From Actinomycetota bacterium (GTDB lineage: Bacteria; Actinomycetota; Geothermincolia; Fen-727; Anoxymicrobiaceae): DNA of 64,000 nucleotides. The stretch is from positions 33,700-97,699 of the forward strand of contig JAHJCO010000041.1 in NCBI GenBank assembly GCA_018831265.1. The letters are read 5' to 3'. Positions 1 through 10,078 of the stretch are shown here, piece by piece. How positions within the stretch are numbered: the first letter of the stretch is position 1; every line of letters starts with the position of its first letter. The position numbers and the translations under genes are program-made. The notes under the pieces are model-generated. The model was not told where the DNA came from and did not search any database. It saw nothing but the letters and a program-made list of their open reading frames with translations.

Positions 1-2
1 GC

Positions 3-254
3 TCCCAGGCCGGACTGAACGGACTCTTCTTCGAGGATGCGCAGGACAGGTGCACCAAAGCATGGTACTACATCGACATCGACGGGCCTTACACTGTCGA
101 TAACTTGTTGTACGGGTTGTATGACCATTTGAATCATGTGCCGACGTGCGTCTGGTCTGAGACGGGATACGAAGGGGGATACAAGAAATGGCAGGAAGCT
201 ATCCCGGACACACAAGTAATGGACCCGGAAAAGGTACTTCCACGGTATCCATGA
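3..254 (+). CDS. 3' end of an upstream hypothetical protein (partial)
   Basis: Frame 3 is open from the window edge (…SQAGLNGLFFEDAQDRCTKAWYY…EKVLPRYP*) to TGA at 252-254, which overlaps the next ATG (ATGA coupling). Confidence 0.6.
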   Translation, partial: SQAGLNGLFFEDAQDRCTKAWYYIDIDGPYTVDNLLYGLYDHLNHVPTCVWSETGYEGGYKKWQEAIPDTQVMDPEKVLPRYP

Positions 255-3019
255 GAAGACGCCAGTCGTCCTTTGCGGTGTTTGTCGTAGCACTAATACT
301 ACTGACCCCCGTTGCTGCAGTTGCCGGCGGAGGTCCGACTTTCCCGCTTGGGCAGGAGGGCGTGGAGGTGTCACTCCCTCGATTCCATGAGGGGGGCGTA
401 CGAGAACTCGAGAGCGACGGCGGTTTCTACGAGGCCTACGCCAGGGTAGGCGGAGAGTTCACCGAGTGGGAGAAGTACGACGTCTGCCTCCAGAAGGTCG
501 ACCCCGATGGCCGCATCCATGATGGCTGGCCCGCCGACTCCCTCCCGATCTGCACGCTGCCGGGATGGCAATCCCCGTACAAAGCCATATTGACGAACGA
601 CGGAGGCGTGATCGTGCTCTGGGGGGACGACCGCCCGGCATCACAAGGTGGGCCCGGCTGTTACTGCCAGCGGGTGGATTCAGACGGCGGAGTCCATCAA
701 GGTTGGCCGCAAAACGGATTCAAATACCATGGCGCCGAAACTTGGAGATCCGAGTGGCCAATCTATTTCACGGACGAGCAGAACGGCTTCTACGAATTCT
801 GTCTCGACTCGAGGGACTTTCCGCAGACGACCGATGCGGACGACCAGAAGTACGACATCTACGGGTATCGGTGCACCGGGGAACCAGCCACGGCCCCGGG
901 CTGGCAGTACGGCGGGAAGCGTATCCTTCCCAACCTCGCCTCCAGGCACGATCTCAAGGTTGTGCCCGACGGTAAGGGCAACGCGCTGCTCACCTGGATA
1001 GAGGATGACGATGTAGGCCAGGCATATTACGTCAAGGCTCTCAAGATAGGTCCTGACGGCAACGCCTGTCCCGGCTGGGACCCCGACGGGGTCATGCTGA
1101 TGAACGGGGATGAGATCTGGGATAGCGGAAACGACGTGTGGCTCGGTGGATGCGTTATGGTGAACGACGGCTTCGGTGGAGCGGTGGCGGTCTGGCTAGA
1201 CGTGCTCAGGGGTGGAACGTACCCCCACGGTGACTACTTCGCCCAGAGGGTGGACGCGAACGGAAACGTCCTCTGGCAGAAGAACGGCAGGCTGGTCTAC
1301 GACACGGAGTCGATTCTCGGCGACCCACACTCCGCCTCCTGCCCGGACATGCTCGGAGGAGCGTTCGTCCTGTTCGAGGCCCCGGAGGGAGACCCCTGGC
1401 AGGTGGTACACCTGTCTGCCGACGGCACGCCCAACGTGTTCAGCCTGGGGAGCTACCCCGCCGATACGAGTGAAAACGACATCTGGATCGAGGAGGACCG
1501 CTCGGGGGGCGTCTTCAGCCGGTTCACCGACGAAGACGGTGTCGTGTACGGCAAGAGCGACGTAACCGATATCAAGCGCTTCACCAGCCAGGGTACCCCG
1601 TATCCGGGATGGGAAACTCCCGTCATCGTAGAGCACGATGTCGACTACCTGGGCGCCTACATGCCCGGGGAGTGCGTGGTCACCTGGAAGATCGGCGCTT
1701 TCAATTGGGAGTCCATAGGCTACACACGCATTTGCGACCCCCCCAACTTCTCCACCTACATACTGCTGGCGAACCCCAACGACCAGGCGGCCGACGTCGA
1801 CCTCACCTTCATGCTGCCGGGAGGGATGACAAAGGACCACAGCGTAAGCGTCCCGGCAGAGGGAAGGGAGACCGTGTTCTTGAACGAGCTTCTCCCCGCC
1901 GTGGACGTCTCCACCACGGTGAGCGTGGAGGCGACCTTGCCCATAATAGCCGAGCGCTCCATGTACTTCGACTATCTCGGCTCCTATGAGGGTGGGCACG
2001 ACTGCGCGGGGATGACCTCTCCCTCGGACACCTGGTACTTCGCCGAGGGATACACGGCCGGGTCGTTCGACACCTACCTGCTGCTTCAGAACCCCCAAGG
2101 TACAGCAGCGAACGTAACTGTCACCTACATGCTCCCGGGTGCACAGACCATCACCGGCACGTACCAAGTGGCACCACATGCCCGCTACACGGTGAAGGTG
2201 GACGATATTCCTGGACTGGAATCAACCGAGCTATCCATGAAGGTGGACTCAGATCTTCTGATAACCGCGGAGAGGGCCATGTACTTCGACTACTACGGCA
2301 GGATAGGGGGACACGGACAGGCCGGGGTCCCGGCACCTTCAGCCACCTGGCACCTGGCTGAAGGCTACACCGCCCAGTCCTTCGATACCTACATACTGGT
2401 GCAGAACCCGGGAGATGCTCAAGCTACCGTCACCTACTCTTACCTGAAGGAGAACGGAGAGCCCGTAGAGAGGCAGGAGACGATAGCCCCCCACTCGCGC
2501 TTCACGGTGAAGGTGGACGAGGTTACCGGAATGGAGGCCGCCTCCTTCTCCACCACGCTCACCTCCAATGTCCCTGTGATAGCCGAGAGGGCCATGTACT
2601 TCGACTACTACGGTAAGCTCGGGGGACACGACTCGGTGGGGGCCACCTCACCTTCGGCCACCTGGTACCTTGCAGAGGGATACACCGCCGAGGGCTTCGA
2701 CACATTCGTACTGATGGAGAACCCGGGAACGGAGAGCGCCACCGTGAAGGCCACCTATATGAAGCCCTCCGGCGATCCCATCGAGAAGACCTACGTGCTC
2801 GAGCCCAAATCGCGCTTCACCCAGAAGGTGGACGACATACCTGGATTGGAGGCCACGGAGGTCTCCACCAGGCTGGAAACCACAGGCGGCAGCGAGATCG
2901 TGGCCGAGCGGGCGGTCTACTTCGCCTACAAGGGACTCTGGGCGGGGGGACACGACGCCATCGGGGTCACCGCCCCGTCTGCCTCCTGGTACTTCGCCGA
3001 AGGGTACACGGGGTACTGA
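251..3019 (+). CDS. Secreted protein: N-terminal repeat/beta-propeller-like domain plus four WYxAEG (DUF5719-like) repeats
   Basis: Start moved from 188 to ATG 251 because of the ATGA overlap and the signal peptide MRRRQSSFAVFVVALILLTPVAAVA. Has QRVD..G..W motifs and four repeats from ~1748. Confidence 0.85.
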   Translation: MRRRQSSFAVFVVALILLTPVAAVAGGGPTFPLGQEGVEVSLPRFHEGGVRELESDGGFYEAYARVGGEFTEWEKYDVCLQKVDPDGRIHDGWPADSLPICTLPGWQSPYKAILTNDGGVIVLWGDDRPASQGGPGCYCQRVDSDGGVHQGWPQNGFKYHGAETWRSEWPIYFTDEQNGFYEFCLDSRDFPQTTDADDQKYDIYGYRCTGEPATAPGWQYGGKRILPNLASRHDLKVVPDGKGNALLTWIEDDDVGQAYYVKALKIGPDGNACPGWDPDGVMLMNGDEIWDSGNDVWLGGCVMVNDGFGGAVAVWLDVLRGGTYPHGDYFAQRVDANGNVLWQKNGRLVYDTESILGDPHSASCPDMLGGAFVLFEAPEGDPWQVVHLSADGTPNVFSLGSYPADTSENDIWIEEDRSGGVFSRFTDEDGVVYGKSDVTDIKRFTSQGTPYPGWETPVIVEHDVDYLGAYMPGECVVTWKIGAFNWESIGYTRICDPPNFSTYILLANPNDQAADVDLTFMLPGGMTKDHSVSVPAEGRETVFLNELLPAVDVSTTVSVEATLPIIAERSMYFDYLGSYEGGHDCAGMTSPSDTWYFAEGYTAGSFDTYLLLQNPQGTAANVTVTYMLPGAQTITGTYQVAPHARYTVKVDDIPGLESTELSMKVDSDLLITAERAMYFDYYGRIGGHGQAGVPAPSATWHLAEGYTAQSFDTYILVQNPGDAQATVTYSYLKENGEPVERQETIAPHSRFTVKVDEVTGMEAASFSTTLTSNVPVIAERAMYFDYYGKLGGHDSVGATSPSATWYLAEGYTAEGFDTFVLMENPGTESATVKATYMKPSGDPIEKTYVLEPKSRFTQKVDDIPGLEATEVSTRLETTGGSEIVAERAVYFAYKGLWAGGHDAIGVTAPSASWYFAEGYTGY

Positions 3020-3050
3020 GATCCCGCATTGAACAAGCCAGGTCAAACCA

Positions 3051-3168
3051 CCGGGGACTTCAGTCCCGGGTGAGATGGCGGACTGAAGTCCGCCCCCAAG
3101 CCTCACTGATTGGGCCGGGACTTCAGTCCCGGTAAGCGCGTTCGACGGCGGACTGAAGTCCGCCCCCA
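3051..3168. repeat. REP/BIME-like cluster of four GGACTTCAGTCC/GGACTGAAGTCC palindromes
   Basis: Units alternate in orientation between convergent genes. A second cluster lies at 23759-23886. Confidence 0.85.
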
Positions 3169-3199
3169 AACATCAAAAGGCGTCAGCCCTGGATTTGTT

Positions 3200-3478
3200 T
3201 CACCCGCCCGCCAGCGGGAAGATCACCAGCAGCTCTTCACCGTCCCGGAGGGTGTCCGACCTTGCCAGCACCGGCCCGCCGCATCGGGCCAGCCTTATGC
3301 TCCTGTGAAAGCGGCCGTTTTCCGCGTCCCATAAGCCGGACGGCAGGCGCGAGCAGCGCTCCTCACCCAGGTGGTTGAGCAGGTCTCCCGCGGTGGAACC
3401 GTCGGCGACCTCGAAGACCGCCCCCCTCTCGCCCATGTATACGCCGAACACGCCCGTGAACAGGGTTGTGACCGTCAT
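3200..3478 (-). CDS. moaD: MoaD/ThiS-family sulfur carrier protein
   Basis: 92 aa ubiquitin-like protein ending in LAGG, directly downstream of the AOR gene. Confidence 0.85.
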   Translation of the reverse strand: MTVTTLFTGVFGVYMGERGAVFEVADGSTAGDLLNHLGEERCSRLPSGLWDAENGRFHRSIRLARCGGPVLARSDTLRDGEELLVIFPLAGG

Positions 3479-3481
3479 GGC

Positions 3482-5359
3482 TCAGGACCCCCGCGCACCG
3501 TCGAGCATCAGCCCGGCGACCGACTTCAGGCCGAACCTCTCCAGCGTTTCGGCCGTCGGACGCCCATCGGGCCGCAGGCCTCGCAGCTCGTAGAACTCGC
3601 GGAGCATGGTCCCCATGTCGGGCACCGAGCCCGCTATCATACCGTCCCCGGTCGGGGTCATTATCCTCTCGCCGAGCCTGTCGTCCTCTCCGGTGGCGCC
3701 CCAGAGAAAGCCGAGGCAGCGCTGCAGGTGCCAGATGCGCGCTCCCGCCTCCATCATGGTCTCGATGTCGTAGCCGTATCCCGCCACCGTGTTGAACGCC
3801 TCCACCAGCTGGGGGATGGTCAGCGCCGTGGCCGGGAACTCGCACCAGCACGCCGAGTTGAATATCGCCCCCAGGTCGCTGGTGACCGCCGTCCCCAGCG
3901 CCTTGTGCTCGGTGGACTGCTCCTTCAGGATCATGTCCAGCCCCAGCTCCGGGTACTCCACCGCTCCCCACTCCAACAGGAACATCAGGTTGGAGACGTG
4001 GCAGGCACCGCGCACCGAGACGGCGTAGGCGAGCCCGTCCCCCCAGTTGCAGCGCGGGTCGTGCATCGGCGCCTCCAGGCCCTTGCTGTCGGTCAGGAAG
4101 CGCTCGCTGCCTCCTCCGACCTCGGCGGCGGCCGCCCTGGACCCCATCGCCAGGAGCCGGGCGAGTTTCCCTTCCCGGGCGGCGATCCTCGGCAGCAGCT
4201 CCAGCACCTCGTCTATCCCGCCCCACTCGAGCTTTACACCCTCGTAGTCCTCGGGCCTGAGGATACCGGCCTCGTAGCAGTCCATGGCCCAGGCGATGGT
4301 GGACCCGCAGGTCATGGTATCCATACCCAGCCGGTTGCACAGGTCGTTGGCGACCGCGACGGCCTCGAGGCTCGGGTTCATGAGCATGGTGCCGAACGCG
4401 GCGATGGTCTCGTACTCGGGCCCGGGCGTCTCAGGCATGCGATAGCGCCCCTCATCGACCCTGACCACCGGCTTGCACTTCACCGCGCACCCTCGACACC
4501 CCCGCGTTCCGGTCCGGATGGTGTCGGACATGGCGATGCCGCTCAGGGTCCGGGGGGCTTCCATCCAGGTCCCCCGCGACCAGTTCCTGGTGGGGACGTC
4601 CCCCTCCATCATCTTCATCTCCATGTTGGCGGCGGTGCCGAACGCCTGGACCGTCCGGCAGAAGATGCTCTCCTCGATCCGCGGGCGCAGGGTGCCGTCC
4701 CAGAGCTCCCGGAACCCCTCGGGATCGGCGAGCTCCGGCCTGCCGCCGCCGCTCGCGACTATCGCCTTGAGGTTCTTCGAGCCCATCACGGTGCCCATCC
4801 CCGCGCGTCCGAAGTGGTGCGCGCAGTCGTTTGTGATGCTGCCGAAGGGGACCCCGTTCTCCGAGGCCGGACCGATCGCCAGGACCTTGTAGCGGCGGCC
4901 GTGCCTCTTTTTCAGGAACCCGGTCGTCTCGAAGGTATCCATGCCCCACATTCGCCAGGCGGGCAGCAGCGCGGCGGTCCATTCCGTGATCATAAGGTAG
5001 ACAGGCTGCGCGGCCCGTCCCTGCAGCACCACCGCGTCGAACCCGCACCTCTTGAGCTCCGGGCCGAAGTTGCCGCCGCAGGATGACTGCCCCCAGATAC
5101 CCGTCAGTGGCGAGCGCGCGCCCGCGGAGAACCGGCTGGTGCCGTGCATCCCCGTCATGGCCATGGGGCCGGTGGCGAAGATAAGGACGGCCTCGGGGTC
5201 GAGCGGCCCCGCCTCGATGTCGCCGAGGTCCAGCAGCAGCTTCGCCGCGAGACCGCCGCCGCCGATATACCGCCGGTACGTCTCTTCCTCGAGCTCGATG
5301 GTCTCCGTCGTGCCGGCCGTGAGGTCTACCTTCAGGACTCTTCCGGTGTTGGCGTACAT
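3482..5359 (-). CDS. aor: Aldehyde:ferredoxin oxidoreductase (tungstopterin AOR family)
   Basis: Motifs GRVLKVDL, SPLTG..G.S..GG.FG.ELK..G.D, GR.GMG.VMGSKNLKAI, CxxCxxxC, PEYET, HDPR. Confidence 0.95.
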   Translation of the reverse strand: MYANTGRVLKVDLTAGTTETIELEEETYRRYIGGGGLAAKLLLDLGDIEAGPLDPEAVLIFATGPMAMTGMHGTSRFSAGARSPLTGIWGQSSCGGNFGPELKRCGFDAVVLQGRAAQPVYLMITEWTAALLPAWRMWGMDTFETTGFLKKRHGRRYKVLAIGPASENGVPFGSITNDCAHHFGRAGMGTVMGSKNLKAIVASGGGRPELADPEGFRELWDGTLRPRIEESIFCRTVQAFGTAANMEMKMMEGDVPTRNWSRGTWMEAPRTLSGIAMSDTIRTGTRGCRGCAVKCKPVVRVDEGRYRMPETPGPEYETIAAFGTMLMNPSLEAVAVANDLCNRLGMDTMTCGSTIAWAMDCYEAGILRPEDYEGVKLEWGGIDEVLELLPRIAAREGKLARLLAMGSRAAAAEVGGGSERFLTDSKGLEAPMHDPRCNWGDGLAYAVSVRGACHVSNLMFLLEWGAVEYPELGLDMILKEQSTEHKALGTAVTSDLGAIFNSACWCEFPATALTIPQLVEAFNTVAGYGYDIETMMEAGARIWHLQRCLGFLWGATGEDDRLGERIMTPTGDGMIAGSVPDMGTMLREFYELRGLRPDGRPTAETLERFGLKSVAGLMLDGARGS

Positions 5360-5370
5360 GAGTACCTCCG

Positions 5371-5823
5371 CTACTTGACCGATATCACCTTGGTCATGTG
5401 GGTGAGCGCCAGGTTATGGGCGAACATGCCCTTTATCTTGAGCTCGCCCTTGAGCAGCTTCTTGAGTACCATCCTTCCGACTTCGTCGAAGTAGTAGGGC
5501 AGCCCGAACCTGATCTGGATGTTGGCCAGGTCCAGGAGGGTCGAGGAGTCGGTCGATATCTGCAGCATGGGGTATCCCACCTTGCCCGGGTAGACCTTCA
5601 GACTTCCGCCGTCGAACAGCATGGTCATCTCGGTGTCCGCGTCGTCCGCCGTGATCCACACGTACCCGTCGAGCTTGTTGAAGTCCTTTACCCTGTCCGG
5701 CTTGTCCTTCAGGTTTGTCCGTATCATCTCCGCCATCATCACGGCCATTCCCGCGTCCCCGACGTCCGGTGCGAGGGTGATGTCCACCTCGCCGTTCCCA
5801 CCGGTGGTTGTCGCCTGTTCCAT
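5371..5823 (-). CDS. SCP2-like sterol/lipid-binding domain protein
   Basis: C-terminal LLKGELKIKG pattern. Start chosen at ATG 5823, which has a GGAGG RBS (the ORF extends to 5862). Confidence 0.6.
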   Translation of the reverse strand: MEQATTTGGNGEVDITLAPDVGDAGMAVMMAEMIRTNLKDKPDRVKDFNKLDGYVWITADDADTEMTMLFDGGSLKVYPGKVGYPMLQISTDSSTLLDLANIQIRFGLPYYFDEVGRMVLKKLLKGELKIKGMFAHNLALTHMTKVISVK

Positions 5824-5863
5824 CTCTGCCTCCGTTTCCGGCTCCCCCATGGGAGCCCTCATA

Positions 5864-7027
5864 TCACCAGGCCTGCGCGAAAACCTCGAGCACCTGCTCC
5901 GGCTCGAGGATGGGGGTGGGGTTGTAGACGATGCTGCCGTCGTACATGCACAGCTCCGCGGCCTGCTCCAGGCCCTCGGATGGGACCCCCGCGTCTCGAA
6001 GTCTCTGCACTATCCCCAGGCTCTCGGTCAGGGCACAGATCGCCTGAATCGCCGCCTCGGCGGCCTCCCGGTCGCTCACCCCGGCCACGTCGATGCCCAT
6101 CGCCAGCGCGACCAGCCTGTACCTGTCGGGGCATGTCTCGATGTTGAATCTCATGGCGTGGGGCAGGACGATGCTGTTGGCCACCCCGTGCGGCACACCG
6201 AAGAGGCCGCCCACCGAGTGCGCCATGGCATGTGGCAGCCCGACCTGGGCGTTGTCGAAGGCGACCCCGGCCATGGTCGCGGCGCACTGCTGCTGACCGC
6301 GCGCCACCAGGTCGCCGCCGTCCGCGACGCACCTGGGCAGGTATTGCGTGATCAGCCTTATCGCGTGCAACGCCATGGCGTCGGCTACCGGTGAGGCCTG
6401 CAGTGTATGAATGGCCTCCACGGCGTGCGTGAAGGCGTCCATCCCGGTCGCCGCGGTAAGCAGCGGCGGAAGGCCCTCCACTATGGTGGGGTCCAGTATG
6501 CCGACGTCGGGGATTATGTGGTTGTCGGAAAAGAGCAGCTTCTGGTGCTTGTCCCAGTCCTTGACCACCGCGGTCATCGTGGCCTCACTGCCTGTCCCGG
6601 CGGTGGTGGGCACCACGACGTGCGGCGTCTGGGGGCGCTTGAGCAGCTGGAACCCGGAGTAGTCCTGGAGCCTCCCCCCCTCCTTGAGCAGGATCGCCAT
6701 GCCCTTGGCGGTGTCTATGGTGCTGCCGCCGCCCACGCTTACAAGGCAGTCGGCGCCCGCTTCCCTGGCGGCAGCCGTCGCCTCGTTTATGACGTGGATG
6801 CCCGAGTCCTGGATGCACGCGTCGAATGTGCCAGCGTGCTTTCCACCGAGCGCCTTCTCGATACGCTGCGAGATACCGGCCTCGACCACCCCCGGGTCGG
6901 TGACCACGAACGCCCGGTTGCATCCCAGCTCGCCGACCTCTATCCCCACGTCGGCAGCGGTCCCCTCGCCGAAAACGATCCTGGTGGGGTTCCTGTAGAC
7001 GAACGCAAGGTCCCTGTCGTACTCCAT
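5864..7027 (-). CDS. Iron-containing (type III) alcohol dehydrogenase
   Basis: GGGSTIDTAK, PTTAGTGSE, GMDAFTHAVE and HAMAH…PHG metal ligands. Confidence 0.95.
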   Translation of the reverse strand: MEYDRDLAFVYRNPTRIVFGEGTAADVGIEVGELGCNRAFVVTDPGVVEAGISQRIEKALGGKHAGTFDACIQDSGIHVINEATAAAREAGADCLVSVGGGSTIDTAKGMAILLKEGGRLQDYSGFQLLKRPQTPHVVVPTTAGTGSEATMTAVVKDWDKHQKLLFSDNHIIPDVGILDPTIVEGLPPLLTAATGMDAFTHAVEAIHTLQASPVADAMALHAIRLITQYLPRCVADGGDLVARGQQQCAATMAGVAFDNAQVGLPHAMAHSVGGLFGVPHGVANSIVLPHAMRFNIETCPDRYRLVALAMGIDVAGVSDREAAEAAIQAICALTESLGIVQRLRDAGVPSEGLEQAAELCMYDGSIVYNPTPILEPEQVLEVFAQAW

Positions 7028-7126
7028 CTAAGACCTCCTTTCAAAGACACCCGAGCGGCCCGGGCGCGGGGCGCCGCCCCGTGAACCCGTCCCACCGCCC
7101 CCGCCGGGGCAGCGGCCCCCGCCACC

Positions 7127-7711
7127 CTACACCGCCGGTGTCGCCGCTTTGATGCCCAGGAAGCGCTCGGCCAGCTCGTTGTTGATATGCCTGAACTCCG
7201 GGATCTCGTCGGAGGGGAGGTCGGGGGGAAACTTGCCGCCGACCTCCGCGCTGATGTCCGTGAGCCTCTGGGCGGCCCGGACCGCGCGCACGATGGTGGG
7301 AAGATCGCCCTTGAGCTTGAGCTTGCCCTGCATCATGCCCTTGACCGCGTCCAGCTCCCTCTTGCCGACCTGCGTCCAGCGATCGAGCGACCCGCTGATG
7401 ATGAAGTCGCCGGCCAGGCCCGCGCTCTCGGGGACGATCCTCACCGAGCGGCACTCGCCGTGCCAGAGGTCCATGAAGACGTAGAGGTCGAACTCGAGGC
7501 CGCGCTCCGGGTCGGGCTCGACGTGCAGGACCACGCTGCCCTCCCAGTCCTTCGCGGCCTCCTTGTAGATTTCGTCCATCCGGATCGCCTTCTCGAACAG
7601 CGCGACCCATTCCGGGGTGAAGTAGATGTAGGGCGGCGGGCTCTTGCTCTTCTCCGCGACCACCGCCTGGTACTCCTGCTCCCACTCGTCGGTTCCGTAC
7701 TGAAGTGTCAT
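7127..7711 (-). CDS. SCP2 sterol-binding domain protein
   Basis: YFTPEW…N/D..Y.EAAK.WEG and LDAVKGMMQGKLKLKGDL. ATG 7711 has a GAGGAGG RBS. Confidence 0.85.
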   Translation of the reverse strand: MTLQYGTDEWEQEYQAVVAEKSKSPPPYIYFTPEWVALFEKAIRMDEIYKEAAKDWEGSVVLHVEPDPERGLEFDLYVFMDLWHGECRSVRIVPESAGLAGDFIISGSLDRWTQVGKRELDAVKGMMQGKLKLKGDLPTIVRAVRAAQRLTDISAEVGGKFPPDLPSDEIPEFRHINNELAERFLGIKAATPAV

Positions 7712-7896
7712 GATTCCCTCCTCGATATCGTGGCTGCGCCCGTATGCCGTCAGCCTGACTGCTATTACGGTGAAGTGACGAAAACCATTTGCCGGAGCGC
7801 GGGCGCATGATTCGTCGAGCGCGTCCGTAATGACAGGCATACGGACAGGGGTCGAAGGTGCCGGGCGCTTTTGACCCCCGGTGAAAGGAGACCCCG

Positions 7897-9702
7897 ATGA
7901 GAGACGGCACGATAGGGGGCATGTTCTTCAACCGCGTGGAGAAGTACGGGGACCGGGTGATGATGAAGCACAAGGGCCCCGGAGTCTGGACCGACATCTC
8001 CTGGAACGAGTTCGGCGAAAAGGTCCGTCAGCTGGGCCTCGCGATGATAGTCTCGGGGGTTCAGCCGGGCGACCGCGTGGCGATCTTCTCGCCCAACTGC
8101 CCGGAGTGGCAGATGGCGGACATGGCCATCCAGTCGATCGGGGCGGTCAACGTCCCGCTGTATGCCACCATAACCGCGAAGCAGGCGGAGTACATACTCG
8201 AGGACTCCGGCTCGAAGATGGTTTTCGTGGGAAGCGAGGACCACATGAACAGGGTCCTGGAGGTCCGCGACAACCTGCCGGCGCTGGAGAAGATCGTGAC
8301 GATCTGCGAGACATCCTCCGATCACCCGGCGGTGATGAGCTTCGAGGAGCTTCGCATGTTCGGCGCGACCGGCGCAACGGACGACGAGTTCGGCGACCGC
8401 CTGGAGGCGGTGAAGCCCGACGATCTCTGCAGCATCGTCTATACATCGGGGACGACCGGGAACCCCAAGGGTGTAATGCTCACCCACCGCAACTTCATGT
8501 CCAACGTCCGGGCGGCATCGAGCCTGGTCGAGGTGGACGACTCGGACATCTGCCTGTCGTTCCTCCCACTGAGCCACGTGCTCGAGCGCATGAGCGGGTA
8601 CTATACGGCCGTCTACAACGGCGTCAGCATCGCGCACGCGCAGTGCATCGACACGCTCGCCGAGGACATCGCGGAAATAAAGCCCCACTGGATGGTCAGC
8701 GTCCCCCGGCTGTACGAGAAGGTCTACGCCGGCGTCCAGGCCAACGTCGCGGCCGAGCCGCCCGTCAAGCAGAAGATCTTCAACTGGGCGGTGGGCATAG
8801 GCCGTCAGGCGAGCCAGTTGAAGGTCGACCGGAGGCCTTTCCCCCTCGGGCTCAAGATAAAGTACGCGATCGCGAGCAAGCTGGTCTTCTCCAAGATAAG
8901 CGAGAAGCTTGGCGGCCGGCTCCGGTTCTTCTTCTCGGGCGGCGCCCCCCTCGCGCGCGAGATCGCCGAGTTCTTCAGCGCCCTGGGCGTTACCATCCTG
9001 GAGGGATTCGGGCTCACCGAGACATCGCCGGTGCTCACCGTGAACCGGCCCGACGCGATGAGGTTCGGCTCGGTGGGAACTCCCCTGCCCGGCGTCCAGG
9101 TGAGGATCGCTCCCGACGGCGAGATACTGGCCAGGGGACCGAACATCATGCGCGGCTACTGGAACAGGCCCGCCGATAGCTCCGAGGCCCTGGCCGACGG
9201 CTGGTTCCACACCGGCGACATCGGCCACATCGATCCCGAAGGGTTCCTGTTCATCACCGACCGCAAGAAGGACCTCATCGTCACGGCGGGCGGCAAGAAC
9301 GTCGCCCCCCAGAACGTGGAGAACGCGCTCAAGCTGGACAGCTACATCGAGCAGGCGGCGGTAATAGGCGACCGGCGCAGGTTCATCAGCGCGCTCATCG
9401 TGCCGGCGTTCGAGGTGCTGGAGGCATGGGCCGGGGAGAACGGCATCGATACCGCCGACAGGGCGAAGCTGGTCGCCGACCCCAGGGTCGTCCGGTTCAT
9501 GCAGCAGCGCGTGGACGAGGCGCAGGCCGACTTCGACCGCCACGAGCGGGTGATGAGGTTCGTGCTCCTGGGCGAGGAGATGACCGAGGAGTCCGGCCTC
9601 CTCACACCGACGCTGAAGGTCAAGCGCAAGGAGGTCGCTTCCCGGTTCGCCGAGCAGATCGAGTCGATGTACGCCGAGGAGCCCGAGCCGGCGCTGGTCT
9701 GA
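7897..9702 (+). CDS. fadD: Long-chain fatty acid-CoA ligase (FadD/ACSL type)
   Basis: YTSGTTGNPKG, LPLSH, EGFGLTE, WFHTGDIG, DRKKDLIVTAGGKNVAP. Confidence 0.95.
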   Translation: MRDGTIGGMFFNRVEKYGDRVMMKHKGPGVWTDISWNEFGEKVRQLGLAMIVSGVQPGDRVAIFSPNCPEWQMADMAIQSIGAVNVPLYATITAKQAEYILEDSGSKMVFVGSEDHMNRVLEVRDNLPALEKIVTICETSSDHPAVMSFEELRMFGATGATDDEFGDRLEAVKPDDLCSIVYTSGTTGNPKGVMLTHRNFMSNVRAASSLVEVDDSDICLSFLPLSHVLERMSGYYTAVYNGVSIAHAQCIDTLAEDIAEIKPHWMVSVPRLYEKVYAGVQANVAAEPPVKQKIFNWAVGIGRQASQLKVDRRPFPLGLKIKYAIASKLVFSKISEKLGGRLRFFFSGGAPLAREIAEFFSALGVTILEGFGLTETSPVLTVNRPDAMRFGSVGTPLPGVQVRIAPDGEILARGPNIMRGYWNRPADSSEALADGWFHTGDIGHIDPEGFLFITDRKKDLIVTAGGKNVAPQNVENALKLDSYIEQAAVIGDRRRFISALIVPAFEVLEAWAGENGIDTADRAKLVADPRVVRFMQQRVDEAQADFDRHERVMRFVLLGEEMTEESGLLTPTLKVKRKEVASRFAEQIESMYAEEPEPALV

Positions 9703-9855
9703 TCACTTTGGGGGCCTACCCGGCCCCCCTCCGCAAGGGAGACAAGAGCGGGCGGCATGCTTCATGCGCCGCCCGCTCGACCCGTTTTATGGCGACCTCC
9801 CGCTTCGAGTGCTTTAATTGACTCGAGCCACTGTGCGTCTACCGGGAGGATGACC

Positions 9856-10014
9856 ATGTGTCCGAACTACGTCGAGAAATGCTGCACCCTGGAGCCGGAG
9901 AAGGGCGAGGTCGCCCAGCCGCTGCCGGTCTACTTCTGCAAGGGGCTCAAACCGGACTCCCACCTGGAATGCCCGGTGTTCAAGACCAGGGCGGCCGAGG
10001 AGAAGAAGGAATAG
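9856..10014 (+). CDS. Small Cys-rich hypothetical protein (~52 aa)
   Basis: GGGAGG RBS upstream; MCPNY…CC…FC…H..CP.F; codon usage like neighbouring genes. Confidence 0.6.
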   Translation: MCPNYVEKCCTLEPEKGEVAQPLPVYFCKGLKPDSHLECPVFKTRAAEEKKE

Positions 10015-10015
10015 C

Positions 10016-10053
10016 ACCCCCACCCAGGCCCTCCCCCCTCGAGGGGGAGGGAG
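10016..10053. repeat. CCCTCCCCC-N-GGGGGAGGG palindromic repeat (also at 15508-15588 and 35854-35892)
   Basis: Hairpin just after a stop codon; the same motif recurs at other gene ends. Confidence 0.7.
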
Positions 10054-10078
10054 GAATCGGGCTCGTGAAAGCAGGGCT

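Noticed and set aside
3371..5086. Long antisense or alternate-frame ORFs (e.g. 3371-5086, 7765-9543, 16669-18393, 21220-22803, 43317-44690, 59627-61654)
   Set aside because: These are shadows of real high-GC genes. They are rich in Arg, Pro, Gly and His and carry no recognisable motifs.
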